Position numbers and translations under genes: made by a program
In this document: one piece after another, positions 28,194 through 37,857 of the stretch
Position numbering within the stretch: position 1 is the stretch's first letter
How the letters are laid out: each line of letters begins with the position of its first letter
Assembly (NCBI GenBank): GCA_963751455.1
Contig: CAVVUN010000001.1
Coordinates: forward strand, 608,001 to 672,000
Source of the DNA: Nitrospirota bacterium
Lineage (GTDB): Bacteria > Nitrospirota > UBA9217
Length of the DNA stretch: 64,000 bases
Reading direction: 5' to 3'
Notes under the pieces: generated by a model
Seen by the model: the letters and a program-made list of their open reading frames with translations, nothing else
Told to the model about the DNA's origin: nothing
Database searches by the model: none

Positions 28194-28468
28194 CGATCGT
28201 AAGTATATACCGGCTTCCGATATATTGCAAGCCAAAAGAAAAGCCCCTGAGTTGTTCCCCAAGGTCACAGTGTCGACCGGTGTGAAGCCATTATGACGGA
28301 GTTGACCGAAAGGTCAGTCCTATTGTTTTTGGTGGAGGGGATTCGAACTGCAAGACCTGCTACTTTATCAGAATAGCCAATATCACAACGATCTGTTATG
28401 CTATCGAAAGAAACTCTATCTTATCCTTCTCAGCTCATGCATGATAAGCTCTTACGTTTCATAAAGCC

Positions 28469-29779
28469 ATGGTGAAAGGAAAAAACATACAAAAAGGGAA
28501 CCGGTCTTCTGGAATACTGCTTACAGTACTGTTAGTATTCCTGTCCTCGCTGACAGCACCGGGTTGCAATTCATCAAAACCGCCGCCCGAACGAGCAACA
28601 TCGGATACAGCTCCGTCTGATACTTCCCCCCCTTCTACTGCTCCGACTGATACTGTCCCCACTTCTGATACGATTCCACCCGTCCAGGTACCCGCCAAAC
28701 ATATTCTCTGGGTCAGCGCTTATTATGCGGGATGGATGCAGAAATGCGACGGCGCCGCATATCTGAGAGCACAGCAGATCGATTTCAGCGCCGTTACTCA
28801 TATAATCCACTTTTCCCTTATGCCGAATCCCGACGGTTCAATCGACGATAGCATGAACTGCCTCACCCCCGAGAATTCCCAGGAACTTCTGACGGCTGCA
28901 CATGCCGCGGGAAAAAAAGTGCTCATTTCTGTCGGCAGTTGGGATACAGAGACCGATTTTCTGGGAGCGACCAGTGAAAGAAACAGGGCGGCATTTATCA
29001 GCAATCTCGTTACCATCATGACCACGAGAGGATATGACGGCATTGACGTCGACTGGGAGCCTGTTTCTTCAAAATCAAGCGCACAGTTCATCAGTTTTAT
29101 TAATGAACTCAGAAACGCGCTGGACGGTTTGAAGCCACGCCCTCTTTTGACCGCTCCTGCCATGTGGGAACCTTCAGTATACGCTCAACTACAGGAAAAG
29201 CTCGATCAGATCAATATCATGACCTATGAATTATCGGGCCCATGGCCGGGATGGCAAGTATGGCATAATGCCCCTCTTTATGACGGCAGCCATCGGTTTA
29301 TGAGCACAGGTGCATCGCTTCCCTCTGTAAATTCCCTGATCGAGGCCTTTCTCGCTGCAGGCGTACAACCTCAAAAGCTTGGCCTGGGGCTCGAGTTTTA
29401 CGGAGCCCTATGGCGCAGCGGGTCCGGGACATCGACAGGGGGGGCTACACAGCCGCTTCAAACCTGGCAATCTGCGCCCTCGATGGTGATGATCCCGTAT
29501 TCTCTGATCATGGACTCTAATTACCAGTCTCAGTATTACTGGGATTCCGCGGCAGTGTCTCCGTACTTAAGCCTTGATAAGGACGGAGCGACTGAGGACA
29601 CATTCATTTCGTACGACGACGAGAAATCATTGATGGAGAAAGTGGCCTATGCGAAAAAGAAAGGACTCGGCGGCATCATGGTGTTCGAGCTGGGCGGTGG
29701 ATGGAGACCGTCAGCGGCTACCCCGGATTATTTGCTGCAGACAATAAAAAACAGTGTCTCAGCCGGCAACGACGGATAA
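28469..29779 (+). CDS. GH18 chitinase-like glycoside hydrolase, probable lipoprotein with a Pro/Thr linker
   Basis: Lipobox-like APGC, KVLISVG, intact DGIDVDWE, INIMTYE, FISYDD, KGLGGIMVFEL. Confidence 0.92.
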   Translation: MVKGKNIQKGNRSSGILLTVLLVFLSSLTAPGCNSSKPPPERATSDTAPSDTSPPSTAPTDTVPTSDTIPPVQVPAKHILWVSAYYAGWMQKCDGAAYLRAQQIDFSAVTHIIHFSLMPNPDGSIDDSMNCLTPENSQELLTAAHAAGKKVLISVGSWDTETDFLGATSERNRAAFISNLVTIMTTRGYDGIDVDWEPVSSKSSAQFISFINELRNALDGLKPRPLLTAPAMWEPSVYAQLQEKLDQINIMTYELSGPWPGWQVWHNAPLYDGSHRFMSTGASLPSVNSLIEAFLAAGVQPQKLGLGLEFYGALWRSGSGTSTGGATQPLQTWQSAPSMVMIPYSLIMDSNYQSQYYWDSAAVSPYLSLDKDGATEDTFISYDDEKSLMEKVAYAKKKGLGGIMVFELGGGWRPSAATPDYLLQTIKNSVSAGNDG

Positions 29780-29826
29780 GTTGCGGAATCTTTACAATGC
29801 CGTTAGCCGGCGCTATATACATATAT

Positions 29827-30852
29827 ATGGTGCGGAAAATATTAATTCTCGTTGTTATTGTTGTCGTATCCATTCTCAGTGTCAATCCTGCTGATCCAGC
29901 CGGGAAGCGCGGAGCCTTGGTCCTTTGTTTCGATGATGGAGATAAAAGCTGGACAGAAACCATAGCCGGAGAGCTCGCCCGTGTTGGGGGGAAGGCAACG
30001 GCTTTTGTCAATAATTACCGTATCCATTCCGGTTTGATCACTGTCCGTGAATTGACTGCTCTGCAGGACCGCTTCCACTGGGAAATCGGCACTCACGGCT
30101 ATCATCATTTCGATCCGAAACCTTACGTCGAATTGTACGGCCCGTCTCAGTACGTTGATAAGGAGATCAGGGCCTCGATAGACGAGTTGCGGTCATACGG
30201 CATTGCCATACAATCGCTCGCGCTTCCGTTCAACAGCATTACTGAAGACGTGAACAGAAAAGCGTGCGAATATGTCAAATACACACGAAGAGATGATGAC
30301 AATCCGCTTGCGTTGATCGGAAACAACGACAACTCTTTTCCGGGAGTTATCATTGATATCGGTCACTATGTTCCCCTGTCCCAGATGCTTGCCTGGATCG
30401 ATACCGCACACGGTAAAGCTCAGTTGCTGTTTCTTGTCAGCCACCAGGTGCTGCAGGATAATAAATTTGTTACCGGCGAGGTCCTGTCTGTTACAGAGCG
30501 AACGTTGATGGCAAAAGAGGCCATAAGCCGGACGGAAGTTTCTTATATGTGCCTGGTGCCTGACACGGCAAAGGCGCTGGAATTCGGCATTGAGATCAAA
30601 AGCATTGAAGGCAATGTAGTGCGTGTGGGCAACGGAGATTTGACCCGCCTTTCGAAATCCGGGGCAAAATTCCTTATCGGTCCGTGCATGAGCATCAGGC
30701 TTTCCGATTTCAGGGAGTTAATCAAATATGCCGCTGAAAGAGTCGACTTTTTGACCGTAACAGAAGCGATGGGGCAACAAAGATCCGATTTCCGAACAAA
30801 TCATTCTAAAAAGAACATTTGGGACGCAGAAAAATCGCATAAACGCAGATAA
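29827..30852 (+). CDS. exported polysaccharide deacetylase (CE4/NodB family) with an inserted domain
   Basis: Signal peptide, LCFDDG, WEIGTHGYHH, LALPFN, LVSHQV. Confidence 0.85.
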   Translation: MVRKILILVVIVVVSILSVNPADPAGKRGALVLCFDDGDKSWTETIAGELARVGGKATAFVNNYRIHSGLITVRELTALQDRFHWEIGTHGYHHFDPKPYVELYGPSQYVDKEIRASIDELRSYGIAIQSLALPFNSITEDVNRKACEYVKYTRRDDDNPLALIGNNDNSFPGVIIDIGHYVPLSQMLAWIDTAHGKAQLLFLVSHQVLQDNKFVTGEVLSVTERTLMAKEAISRTEVSYMCLVPDTAKALEFGIEIKSIEGNVVRVGNGDLTRLSKSGAKFLIGPCMSIRLSDFRELIKYAAERVDFLTVTEAMGQQRSDFRTNHSKKNIWDAEKSHKRR

Positions 30853-31102
30853 AGTCGGATTATTCAGCTTCTTTTCAGAACAGCATTAAGACAAATCTAA
30901 GAAAAAGCCCTTCTATCCGCAGATTTCGCAGATTGACGCAGATTCTAAAACCGGAATTCTGGTTTTGTTTTTATCTGCGAAATCTGCGTAATCTGCGGAA
31001 AAAAAATGACCTGAGTAGTTACATATTTTCTTTTGTTTGATCTGCGGTTATCGTTCGACTGAGCTCACGCCGAAGTCTGCGTCCAGCTGCCGTTTTCAGG
31101 AT
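30801..31102. repeat. nested palindromic repeat / MITE cluster between convergent genes
   Basis: CGCAGATTT-type 9-mer triplet with its inverted ATCTGCG triplet (30915-30999), CTGAGTAGTTAC end, GTTCGACTGAGCTCACGCCGAAG, and CAGCTGCCGTTTTCAGG resembling the IS1380-like right end. Confidence 0.7.
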
Positions 31103-31105
31103 CAT

Positions 31106-33025
31106 TCAAAAGCGCCGGGTAAGTGAGGCCCCTGCCGTAACCGCCCTGAATGATCCAGTCTCCTGCCTGAAATTGTTCATGATGCCGCTCCTTATTTTCG
31201 CCATCCAATCACGGTATATGCCGAACGAGCCTTCCAGGTCAGCGGCATAACTCAGACGGAAATCCTTCATGGTATTGTCCTTGTGCTCTCCAACGGAAGC
31301 GATGAAATTGACAGCGTTGTCATCAGTGATCTTCCAGGATGTGTATCCGGCGACAGCGTAACGCTGATAAAATTCAGGATCATAATAGCCGTTCTCGAGA
31401 TCCATGTCGAAACCCTGCCATGACAGCAGCGGGCCGGCTTCGAAATCGACTTTTGTGCCTCTGACGATAAACCTTCGCACTCCGATGACCGATTCCCATG
31501 ACCTGTTGTTATCCGAATAGGTGTCATAGTTCGAATTTAACTCGGCTTTATAATTGATGTCCGGCTCCCAATAAAGGTAAATATGGTTGGAGGCGCGTTT
31601 GATCCCGAGGGATACGGTGCGCGGCGAAACGATGTAATAGCCGTACTCCCGTCCAGCCGTCATGAGGAAATTATCCTTGACACGGAAGTCCGCAGAGAGA
31701 TTGTGCGTCGTTATGGTGCTTTGTCCCTCAGCAGAGGCGCCTCCTGCCGATACCACCGCTGCAATAGCAGGTGAAAATACATGGGTGATCCCAAGCCTGC
31801 CCTCCCGAACATCAGTGGAAGTGTCCCCCGCAATTGCCTCCAAACCGCTTTCTGCCCTGGCTTTCAGGATATTGTTCTCTATGCCTGCCTCGAGCCGGGT
31901 GTCCGGAGATAAAGAATAGCCGCCTTTAAAAGAATATCGCGAGATATCGAGACCATCCGAGTCATGATAAAAACCCCAGTCAATTTCGAGGAACGGCCGT
32001 ATAGGAATCGTTATCAAACGGCGCACATCGTATGTTTCCTTGGCTGAAGGATTCAGCTTCTCAAGGATCTCCAGGCTGTTCAACGCCTCTCTCCGGCGGT
32101 TCCCATAATGTAAAGCTATTGTGCGTGAATAAAGGACATTATAGTCATCCGGGGCGCCTTTGAGGAGCTCATCGGTCAACTCCAAAGCCTCTGTAGAACG
32201 GCCTGCCCAGGCAAGAATACCTGCTTTCACCTTCCGGAACTCCGCGGTCTCTCCGAAATGCTTTCTGTATTCTTCCAAAAGATCGAGCGCTGCCGGATAG
32301 GCGCCCCTCCATCCCTCCACCCTGATAAAATCGAGCATTGCTTCGCCGTCATCGGGATGATGATCGCAGTATTTTTTATAATGAATGACCGCATCGTCAA
32401 GCTCTCCTGCCCAGCCCTGCGTTCTCGCCAGATCCAAAAGCGCCTTTTCATTGTCCGGCGCACGTGCGAGAATTCTTTTATAACTGTCCCTCGCGACATG
32501 ATACTTGCCGAGTTCATTCGCGAGGGACCCGCGCGCCTGCAAATACTCTATGTTGCGAGGAGCAAATGTTACTGCCTTCTCTATAGCCTGAAAAGCCTGC
32601 TGTTTCTTGTCCATGATAGAATACGCCTGGCAGAGCCTGTAGTAGAGAGAAGCATTTTTCGGAGACAGATCAAGCGCCCTTTGGAGCGCCTCGGCGCTTT
32701 CTACCGCATTTCCCCGGGCCCACTCGATATCGACAATGCGCAGCCAAAGATCGAGCTGCTCCGGCTCCTTTTTTAGAATCGCTTTATAGATTTCAAGCGC
32801 CTTTTCAGTTTCTCCCCTCATCTCTGCCTGAAGCCCGCTCGCTTTTGATAAAGACTGTTTTGACGTGCGGATCGAAGATACGGTGGACGCCGGGAAGACC
32901 GGCTGATCTTCTGCAAAAACAGGCACGTATGCGAAAGAGAGAACCGCGCAGAGAAGCAGCCTTCTTATTACGCAGTTTCCCGGCGCTTCTCCGCATTCCG
33001 GCGATAGTCTTGTTGGCATAGTCAT
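31106..33025 (-). CDS. TPR-repeat plus C-terminal outer-membrane beta-barrel protein (PgaA/BcsC-like exporter)
   Basis: Signal-like N terminus, many TPRs, barrel with GYYDP motif, C-terminal ASLTRRF; ATG overlaps the GT2 stop (ATGA). Confidence 0.82.
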   Translation of the reverse strand: MTMPTRLSPECGEAPGNCVIRRLLLCAVLSFAYVPVFAEDQPVFPASTVSSIRTSKQSLSKASGLQAEMRGETEKALEIYKAILKKEPEQLDLWLRIVDIEWARGNAVESAEALQRALDLSPKNASLYYRLCQAYSIMDKKQQAFQAIEKAVTFAPRNIEYLQARGSLANELGKYHVARDSYKRILARAPDNEKALLDLARTQGWAGELDDAVIHYKKYCDHHPDDGEAMLDFIRVEGWRGAYPAALDLLEEYRKHFGETAEFRKVKAGILAWAGRSTEALELTDELLKGAPDDYNVLYSRTIALHYGNRRREALNSLEILEKLNPSAKETYDVRRLITIPIRPFLEIDWGFYHDSDGLDISRYSFKGGYSLSPDTRLEAGIENNILKARAESGLEAIAGDTSTDVREGRLGITHVFSPAIAAVVSAGGASAEGQSTITTHNLSADFRVKDNFLMTAGREYGYYIVSPRTVSLGIKRASNHIYLYWEPDINYKAELNSNYDTYSDNNRSWESVIGVRRFIVRGTKVDFEAGPLLSWQGFDMDLENGYYDPEFYQRYAVAGYTSWKITDDNAVNFIASVGEHKDNTMKDFRLSYAADLEGSFGIYRDWMAKIRSGIMNNFRQETGSFRAVTAGASLTRRF

Positions 33026-34359
33026 TTTCGCCATTTTCTGTTTTCCGAAACCCACAGGTCTTTTCCGAAACGAAAGAAGGTCACTATGTCGTAAAAAACA
33101 GCTGCATACCGGATCGGCGAAGATAATAATCCAAGGACGACGGCATTGATACGATCCCCGCGTGATATAACAGCAAGAATGACCGCAGTAACTGTGATTT
33201 CCGCAAAAACCGTCACGATGAGCGGCTCCCACAACTGCAGCAGAATCATGAGCGAGAGCACAAGCGGAAAGAAGCCTTTCTCAAATGCGGCTGTAAAAAC
33301 CAGCCAGCCTACGGGCCGGTCACAGGCGGCCTCAGATGCTCCTGCAGAGACAGGCTGACTCAATTGATCTTTTATACTGCTTCTTTTCTTCATGCTGAAG
33401 AGGCTCCTCAGCAGCGGATCAAAATAGTAGCAGCTCTGTAAAAACGCTGAAGACCACAGGTAGAACTGACGCGGCAACCTTGTTACTTCCGGCTCTTCCG
33501 ACCGCGCGTAAACGTCTCTTACCTGAACATTGCTGTACCCCGCATTGAGGAGCGCAAACCCGATGAAGATATCTTCTGAATTGGTCAGGTTGTCGCCGAA
33601 AACGGGCTGATAGGCGTCGAACAGTTGTTTAAGATAGGAACGCCGGTATGCGACGGCGCATCCTACCGGGTTGATTATGGACCCGAACAACGCAATCTGT
33701 CCCGGGTAAATGAATTGCTGCAAAAATCTGTAGAGCGTGGCGCGAAAAATATTTGTCAACCCTCTTTTGAACCGTTTCAGCGCACTCCCCGGCAAAGAGA
33801 TCGGCGCATCCGGAACTTCTCTGACGAATTGCTGTACTGATTCAGCATGAAGCACCGCACTGCGGTCTCGTTCCCGCAAAGGAGCAACAGCGCCGCAAAC
33901 ACTCGCAATTCCCGGGTGCCGGTACAGCTCCTGAACCACCCGTTCCAGGTAATTTTCCGATTCAAGCACGGTGTCCGCATCAAGAACGAATTCCACGTCA
34001 GAGTCTAATTCATTTGCCTGCCGTCTTAACGTAGGCGTCTTTCCCTGCGGTTTCCGGCGTTTTATCGCTATGAGCTTCATGCTGTTGAGTTCGCAGAACT
34101 TCTTTGCAAATTCGGTGGTCCGATCCGTACTGCCGTCGTCAACGAGGATAATAAACCGGGGCTGCAGCGTCTGCCGGGCAATGGAAGAGAGGCACAGGAC
34201 GATATTGCGTTCCTCGTTCAGGGCAGGGATAACGATATCAACGACAGCCTCCCGCCCTTCAGGGGATGAGATGAGATCCCGCTTTCTTCTTCCGGTCATC
34301 AGCCCTATGATGCCGATGATGGAACTGGGGCTGAAAACGAACCAGGGGATGACTGCCAT
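33022..34359 (-). CDS. membrane GT2 glycosyltransferase, processive-synthase-like
   Basis: IPALNEE, VDDGSTD, GKT, LDAD, GCAVAYRR, NSED, RQFYLW, C-terminal TM helices; SD GGAG before 34359. Confidence 0.88.
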   Translation of the reverse strand: MAVIPWFVFSPSSIIGIIGLMTGRRKRDLISSPEGREAVVDIVIPALNEERNIVLCLSSIARQTLQPRFIILVDDGSTDRTTEFAKKFCELNSMKLIAIKRRKPQGKTPTLRRQANELDSDVEFVLDADTVLESENYLERVVQELYRHPGIASVCGAVAPLRERDRSAVLHAESVQQFVREVPDAPISLPGSALKRFKRGLTNIFRATLYRFLQQFIYPGQIALFGSIINPVGCAVAYRRSYLKQLFDAYQPVFGDNLTNSEDIFIGFALLNAGYSNVQVRDVYARSEEPEVTRLPRQFYLWSSAFLQSCYYFDPLLRSLFSMKKRSSIKDQLSQPVSAGASEAACDRPVGWLVFTAAFEKGFFPLVLSLMILLQLWEPLIVTVFAEITVTAVILAVISRGDRINAVVLGLLSSPIRYAAVFYDIVTFFRFGKDLWVSENRKWRK

Positions 34360-34360
34360 G

Positions 34361-35422
34361 TCAAACTCCTTGAAACAGTAATTTCCGGGCGCTCTCAATC
34401 AAGTCATCCACGGTGTCTTCGAGCCGCCAAGCGTGTACATACTTGGTAAGACTGTAGAACTTCTCCAGTGAGGGCGTTCGCCGGTAAACCTCCTCAAACT
34501 CCTCTCCATAAGCCTCTTTATAGGGAATGTGCTCGATAGGCGATTTGCTGCCCGCCCGCTCGCGTATCAATTCAGCCAGCTTACGAACCGAGATCGGTCT
34601 TTGATGGCCGACATTGACTATCTGTCCCTTGCTGGCAGGGTTATTGGCAAGCAGGTCCAGGCCGGCGACAGTATCACGAACATCGCAAAAACAACGTTGT
34701 TGCGTGCCGTCGCCAAAGACTGTGATAGTTTCTCCATTGACCGCCTGCTCAACGAATCTCGGTACGACCATACCGTAGCGGCCTGTTTGGCGCGGACCGA
34801 TCGTATTAAAAAACCGGACAATCATTACGTGGATATCGGATTTGTGCGCATAGGCAATGCAGAATGCTTCATCCGCAAGCTTGCTGACTGCATAACCCCA
34901 GCGCAGCACCTTCGTCGATTCAACAGTGAGTTTCAAATCTTCGTGAAATTGGCAAGCCTGCGCTGTGAGACCCCCTTCGTGGGGCTCTTCCAGGCTGCCT
35001 GGCTCGGCAGCGCCGGGCAAAACCGTGGGCTTATTGCCGCAGCCGTACACTTCCGAGGTCGAGGCGACGATGAGCTGCTGTCGCCAGCTGTTCGCGCGAA
35101 CCGCTCGAAGCAGCCGCTCGCATCCTGCAATGTTGACCGCCAAGGTGTTGATCGGATCGGCAATGACCCTGAACACTCCTACGACAGCCGCCATATGATA
35201 GATGCGGTCGGCCCACGTTACCGCTTTCTCCAGACCGTTCCACGTAAGAATATCAGCTTCATCGAATTGAAAATCAGGCTTATCCTTAAACGGCTCGATA
35301 TTATCGAAAGAACCTGTGCTGAGATCGTCTACAACGTGTACCTTGTCTCCCTTTCTCATATGGTATTCAACCAGGTGAGAGCCTATGAAACCCGCGCCTC
35401 CAGTGATAAGTATATGCACCAC
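34361..35422 (-). CDS. NAD-dependent nucleotide-sugar epimerase/dehydratase (extended SDR)
   Basis: TGGAGFIGSH, STSEVYG, YAVSK, RFFNTIGPRQ. Confidence 0.93.
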   Translation of the reverse strand: MVHILITGGAGFIGSHLVEYHMRKGDKVHVVDDLSTGSFDNIEPFKDKPDFQFDEADILTWNGLEKAVTWADRIYHMAAVVGVFRVIADPINTLAVNIAGCERLLRAVRANSWRQQLIVASTSEVYGCGNKPTVLPGAAEPGSLEEPHEGGLTAQACQFHEDLKLTVESTKVLRWGYAVSKLADEAFCIAYAHKSDIHVMIVRFFNTIGPRQTGRYGMVVPRFVEQAVNGETITVFGDGTQQRCFCDVRDTVAGLDLLANNPASKGQIVNVGHQRPISVRKLAELIRERAGSKSPIEHIPYKEAYGEEFEEVYRRTPSLEKFYSLTKYVHAWRLEDTVDDLIESARKLLFQGV

Positions 35423-35867
35423 TATCTCCTTTTCTACACCTTACTTGTGGTGTTTGCTTCGCACTATATAGTTCTGCTGTGAAGGTGAGCAGTGCCCGGT
35501 AGTGAACGCAGACATTAATACTTTGTTGGAACAATTAGAATCAAGCTGCTGTTTTAATGTTAAGGAGCCAAGCATATGCTGTCAAGTGAAGCACTTTTTT
35601 CAAGCCATAAGTCGTAAGCTCAATTTTGTTTGCACATTCTTTTTCCTCATATTTGCCCGGAAATACCAGACGAAAAGTCAAACTGTACTAAAGTCCAATT
35701 GACTGCATATGAATATAACGGTTAGCATAAGTATGTACAGATGAAATCTCGCGCGAGTCCTCGAGCGGATCAAGCAAGCTGGACTATCATGTTGCCTGCT
35801 AAAGGGATCTAATGAATCACCACAAGATCAACTCGCGCTGACAAGAACAGAAAGGAGAGTCTCTCAA

Positions 35868-36719
35868 ATGCCTTATATAACTATTGACAAGGAAAACTCC
35901 GGCAACATTGATCTCTATTATGAGGACCATGGCGCAGGCAAGCCCGTTGTATTGATCCACGGCTGGCCGTTGAGCGGCGCCTCATGGGAAAAACAGGTCC
36001 CTGTCCTGCTCGATGCGGGTTACCGGGTCATCGCATATGACCGCCGCGGATTCGGCCACTCCGGTAAGCCGATATTCGGATACGACTTCGACACACTCGC
36101 CGCGGACCTGCACAAGCTCATCACGAAGCTCCACCTGCGTGACATTACCCTGGTCGGCTTCTCCATGGGCGGAGGCGAGGTAGCCCGCTATCTTGTTCAC
36201 GGATCCGAACGCGTAAGCAGGGCGGTCTTCATATCTGCCATTCCACCCTTCCTGCTCAAAACGCCCGATAATCCGGACGGCGTAGACGGCAGTGTGTTCG
36301 AGGGAATCAAGCAAGGCATAATTGCAGACAGACCGGCGTTCCTTTCCCGGTTTCTTTCCGATTTCTACAACGTCGACGTCCTGGCGGGCAAGAAGGTAAG
36401 CGATGAAGTCGTCCGGCTCAGTTGGAACATCGCGGCCGGAGCCTCTCCCAGGGGCACGCTCGATTGCGTTTCGGCCTGGTTGACCGACTTCCGAAGCGAT
36501 CTCAAGCGAATCGACATGCCGACTCTGGTGATTCACGGTGATGCCGACCGGATAGTACCCATCTCCAGCGGGAAGCGCATACCTGAGTTTATAAAGGAAA
36601 GCAAGCTTGTGGTCGTGCAAGGCGGGCCGCATGGTCTGAACTGGACCCATGCAGAGGAAGTCAACCGTGAGCTTGTGGAGTTCCTGGGGCAGGCGATCAC
36701 GAAGAAAGCAGCAGCCTGA
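35868..36719 (+). CDS. non-haem haloperoxidase/arylesterase-type alpha/beta hydrolase
   Basis: HGWPLS, YDRRGFG, GFSMGG, IHGDADRIVP, GGPHG. Confidence 0.92.
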   Translation: MPYITIDKENSGNIDLYYEDHGAGKPVVLIHGWPLSGASWEKQVPVLLDAGYRVIAYDRRGFGHSGKPIFGYDFDTLAADLHKLITKLHLRDITLVGFSMGGGEVARYLVHGSERVSRAVFISAIPPFLLKTPDNPDGVDGSVFEGIKQGIIADRPAFLSRFLSDFYNVDVLAGKKVSDEVVRLSWNIAAGASPRGTLDCVSAWLTDFRSDLKRIDMPTLVIHGDADRIVPISSGKRIPEFIKESKLVVVQGGPHGLNWTHAEEVNRELVEFLGQAITKKAAA

Positions 36720-36763
36720 ATGTACTCTTTTATCGATCGGTGCGGAGTGGACCGGCGCGGTCC

Positions 36764-37846
36764 TCAGGTGGCAGGAGCAGACTGGGCTTGTTTGTAGTGT
36801 GCACCGATCCATTGTACGATTTCAGGCCATATTCGCCGGTGGGCCGTTCTTCCGACCAGCAAACCTGCATGCCTCAACGCTACTCCGGTTTCACCCGTGT
36901 ACCAGAGCAGCAGCTTGTCGGTTGAGCGCACTGCTTCGTGAAACGGCAGAATCGACCGGGGCGGAACAACCGCGCATTCCGAATCAGCTACGGTCAGGAT
37001 TGGGGCATTTTCGTTCTCGGGTACGGCGCGTTTGCCGTTGATCTCAAGAGTGCCTTTCATAAAACGATCGTCGCGATACAGCAATTCGACGATATCTTCG
37101 AACAAATGCCGCGCAAGCGGCATCTCATCCAGCGACCATCGCTCGACGCAGAAGTGGATCCTCAGGGCTTCACTGTCGCCGAGACTCAGGAACAAGTCCA
37201 TCAGCCTCGACCATCCGAACACAACCGGCGCGGCAAGATAACTTATCGTATCCAGAAATGTCCCGGGTACATTGCCTGAAGGAAGCGGTACAGCGCGCGA
37301 AGATGGTGCCCGTGCAACCATCGGCGCAAAGATCCCGGTATCAGGGCCAAAGTGCATCGGTGCGCCGAGCGTAATAAGTCCCTGCACCAGGCCGGGATGG
37401 AGGGTTGAAAATATTGCAGCCAAGGTTCCCCCGAGAGAATGGCCTGCCAAAAATACCTTCTGTGTTCCGGTTTCCTTCTTGATCGTGTCAATGCTTTCAA
37501 GGATAAATGTATCGGAATATTCGGATAGCCCGATGTCCTGCGCGGAAGCACCCGGGGTTTTCCATTGGATCACATAAGGCCTGATTCCGCTCGATAGGCA
37601 CTTTCGGACAACACTGACCTGTGGAAGCAAATCCCATAGGTAAGCTTGTTTAATCGGGGCGGGAATAAGGAGGAGTACGGGGCAGTCTTTGCCGTTTTCA
37701 TAAGCCCTGACATTGAACAACGGCTTTGAGAGAACAATGCGGGACGGTGTTTCCACAGGACAGAGTCCCAGAGTATCGAGAGAAATACCGAACTGCCGCC
37801 GGTATATATCCATGAAATGGTATAGGCTGGGACGTGCATACTGCAT
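36764..37846 (-). CDS. PhaC (class III)-like alpha/beta-hydrolase-fold protein with Ser at the nucleophile position
   Basis: PVLLLIPAPIKQAYLWDLLPQVSVV, GHSLGG, C-terminal RHAGLLVG...IWPEIVQW. Confidence 0.75.
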   Translation of the reverse strand: MQYARPSLYHFMDIYRRQFGISLDTLGLCPVETPSRIVLSKPLFNVRAYENGKDCPVLLLIPAPIKQAYLWDLLPQVSVVRKCLSSGIRPYVIQWKTPGASAQDIGLSEYSDTFILESIDTIKKETGTQKVFLAGHSLGGTLAAIFSTLHPGLVQGLITLGAPMHFGPDTGIFAPMVARAPSSRAVPLPSGNVPGTFLDTISYLAAPVVFGWSRLMDLFLSLGDSEALRIHFCVERWSLDEMPLARHLFEDIVELLYRDDRFMKGTLEINGKRAVPENENAPILTVADSECAVVPPRSILPFHEAVRSTDKLLLWYTGETGVALRHAGLLVGRTAHRRIWPEIVQWIGAHYKQAQSAPAT

Positions 37847-37857
37847 CAGAAACTCCG

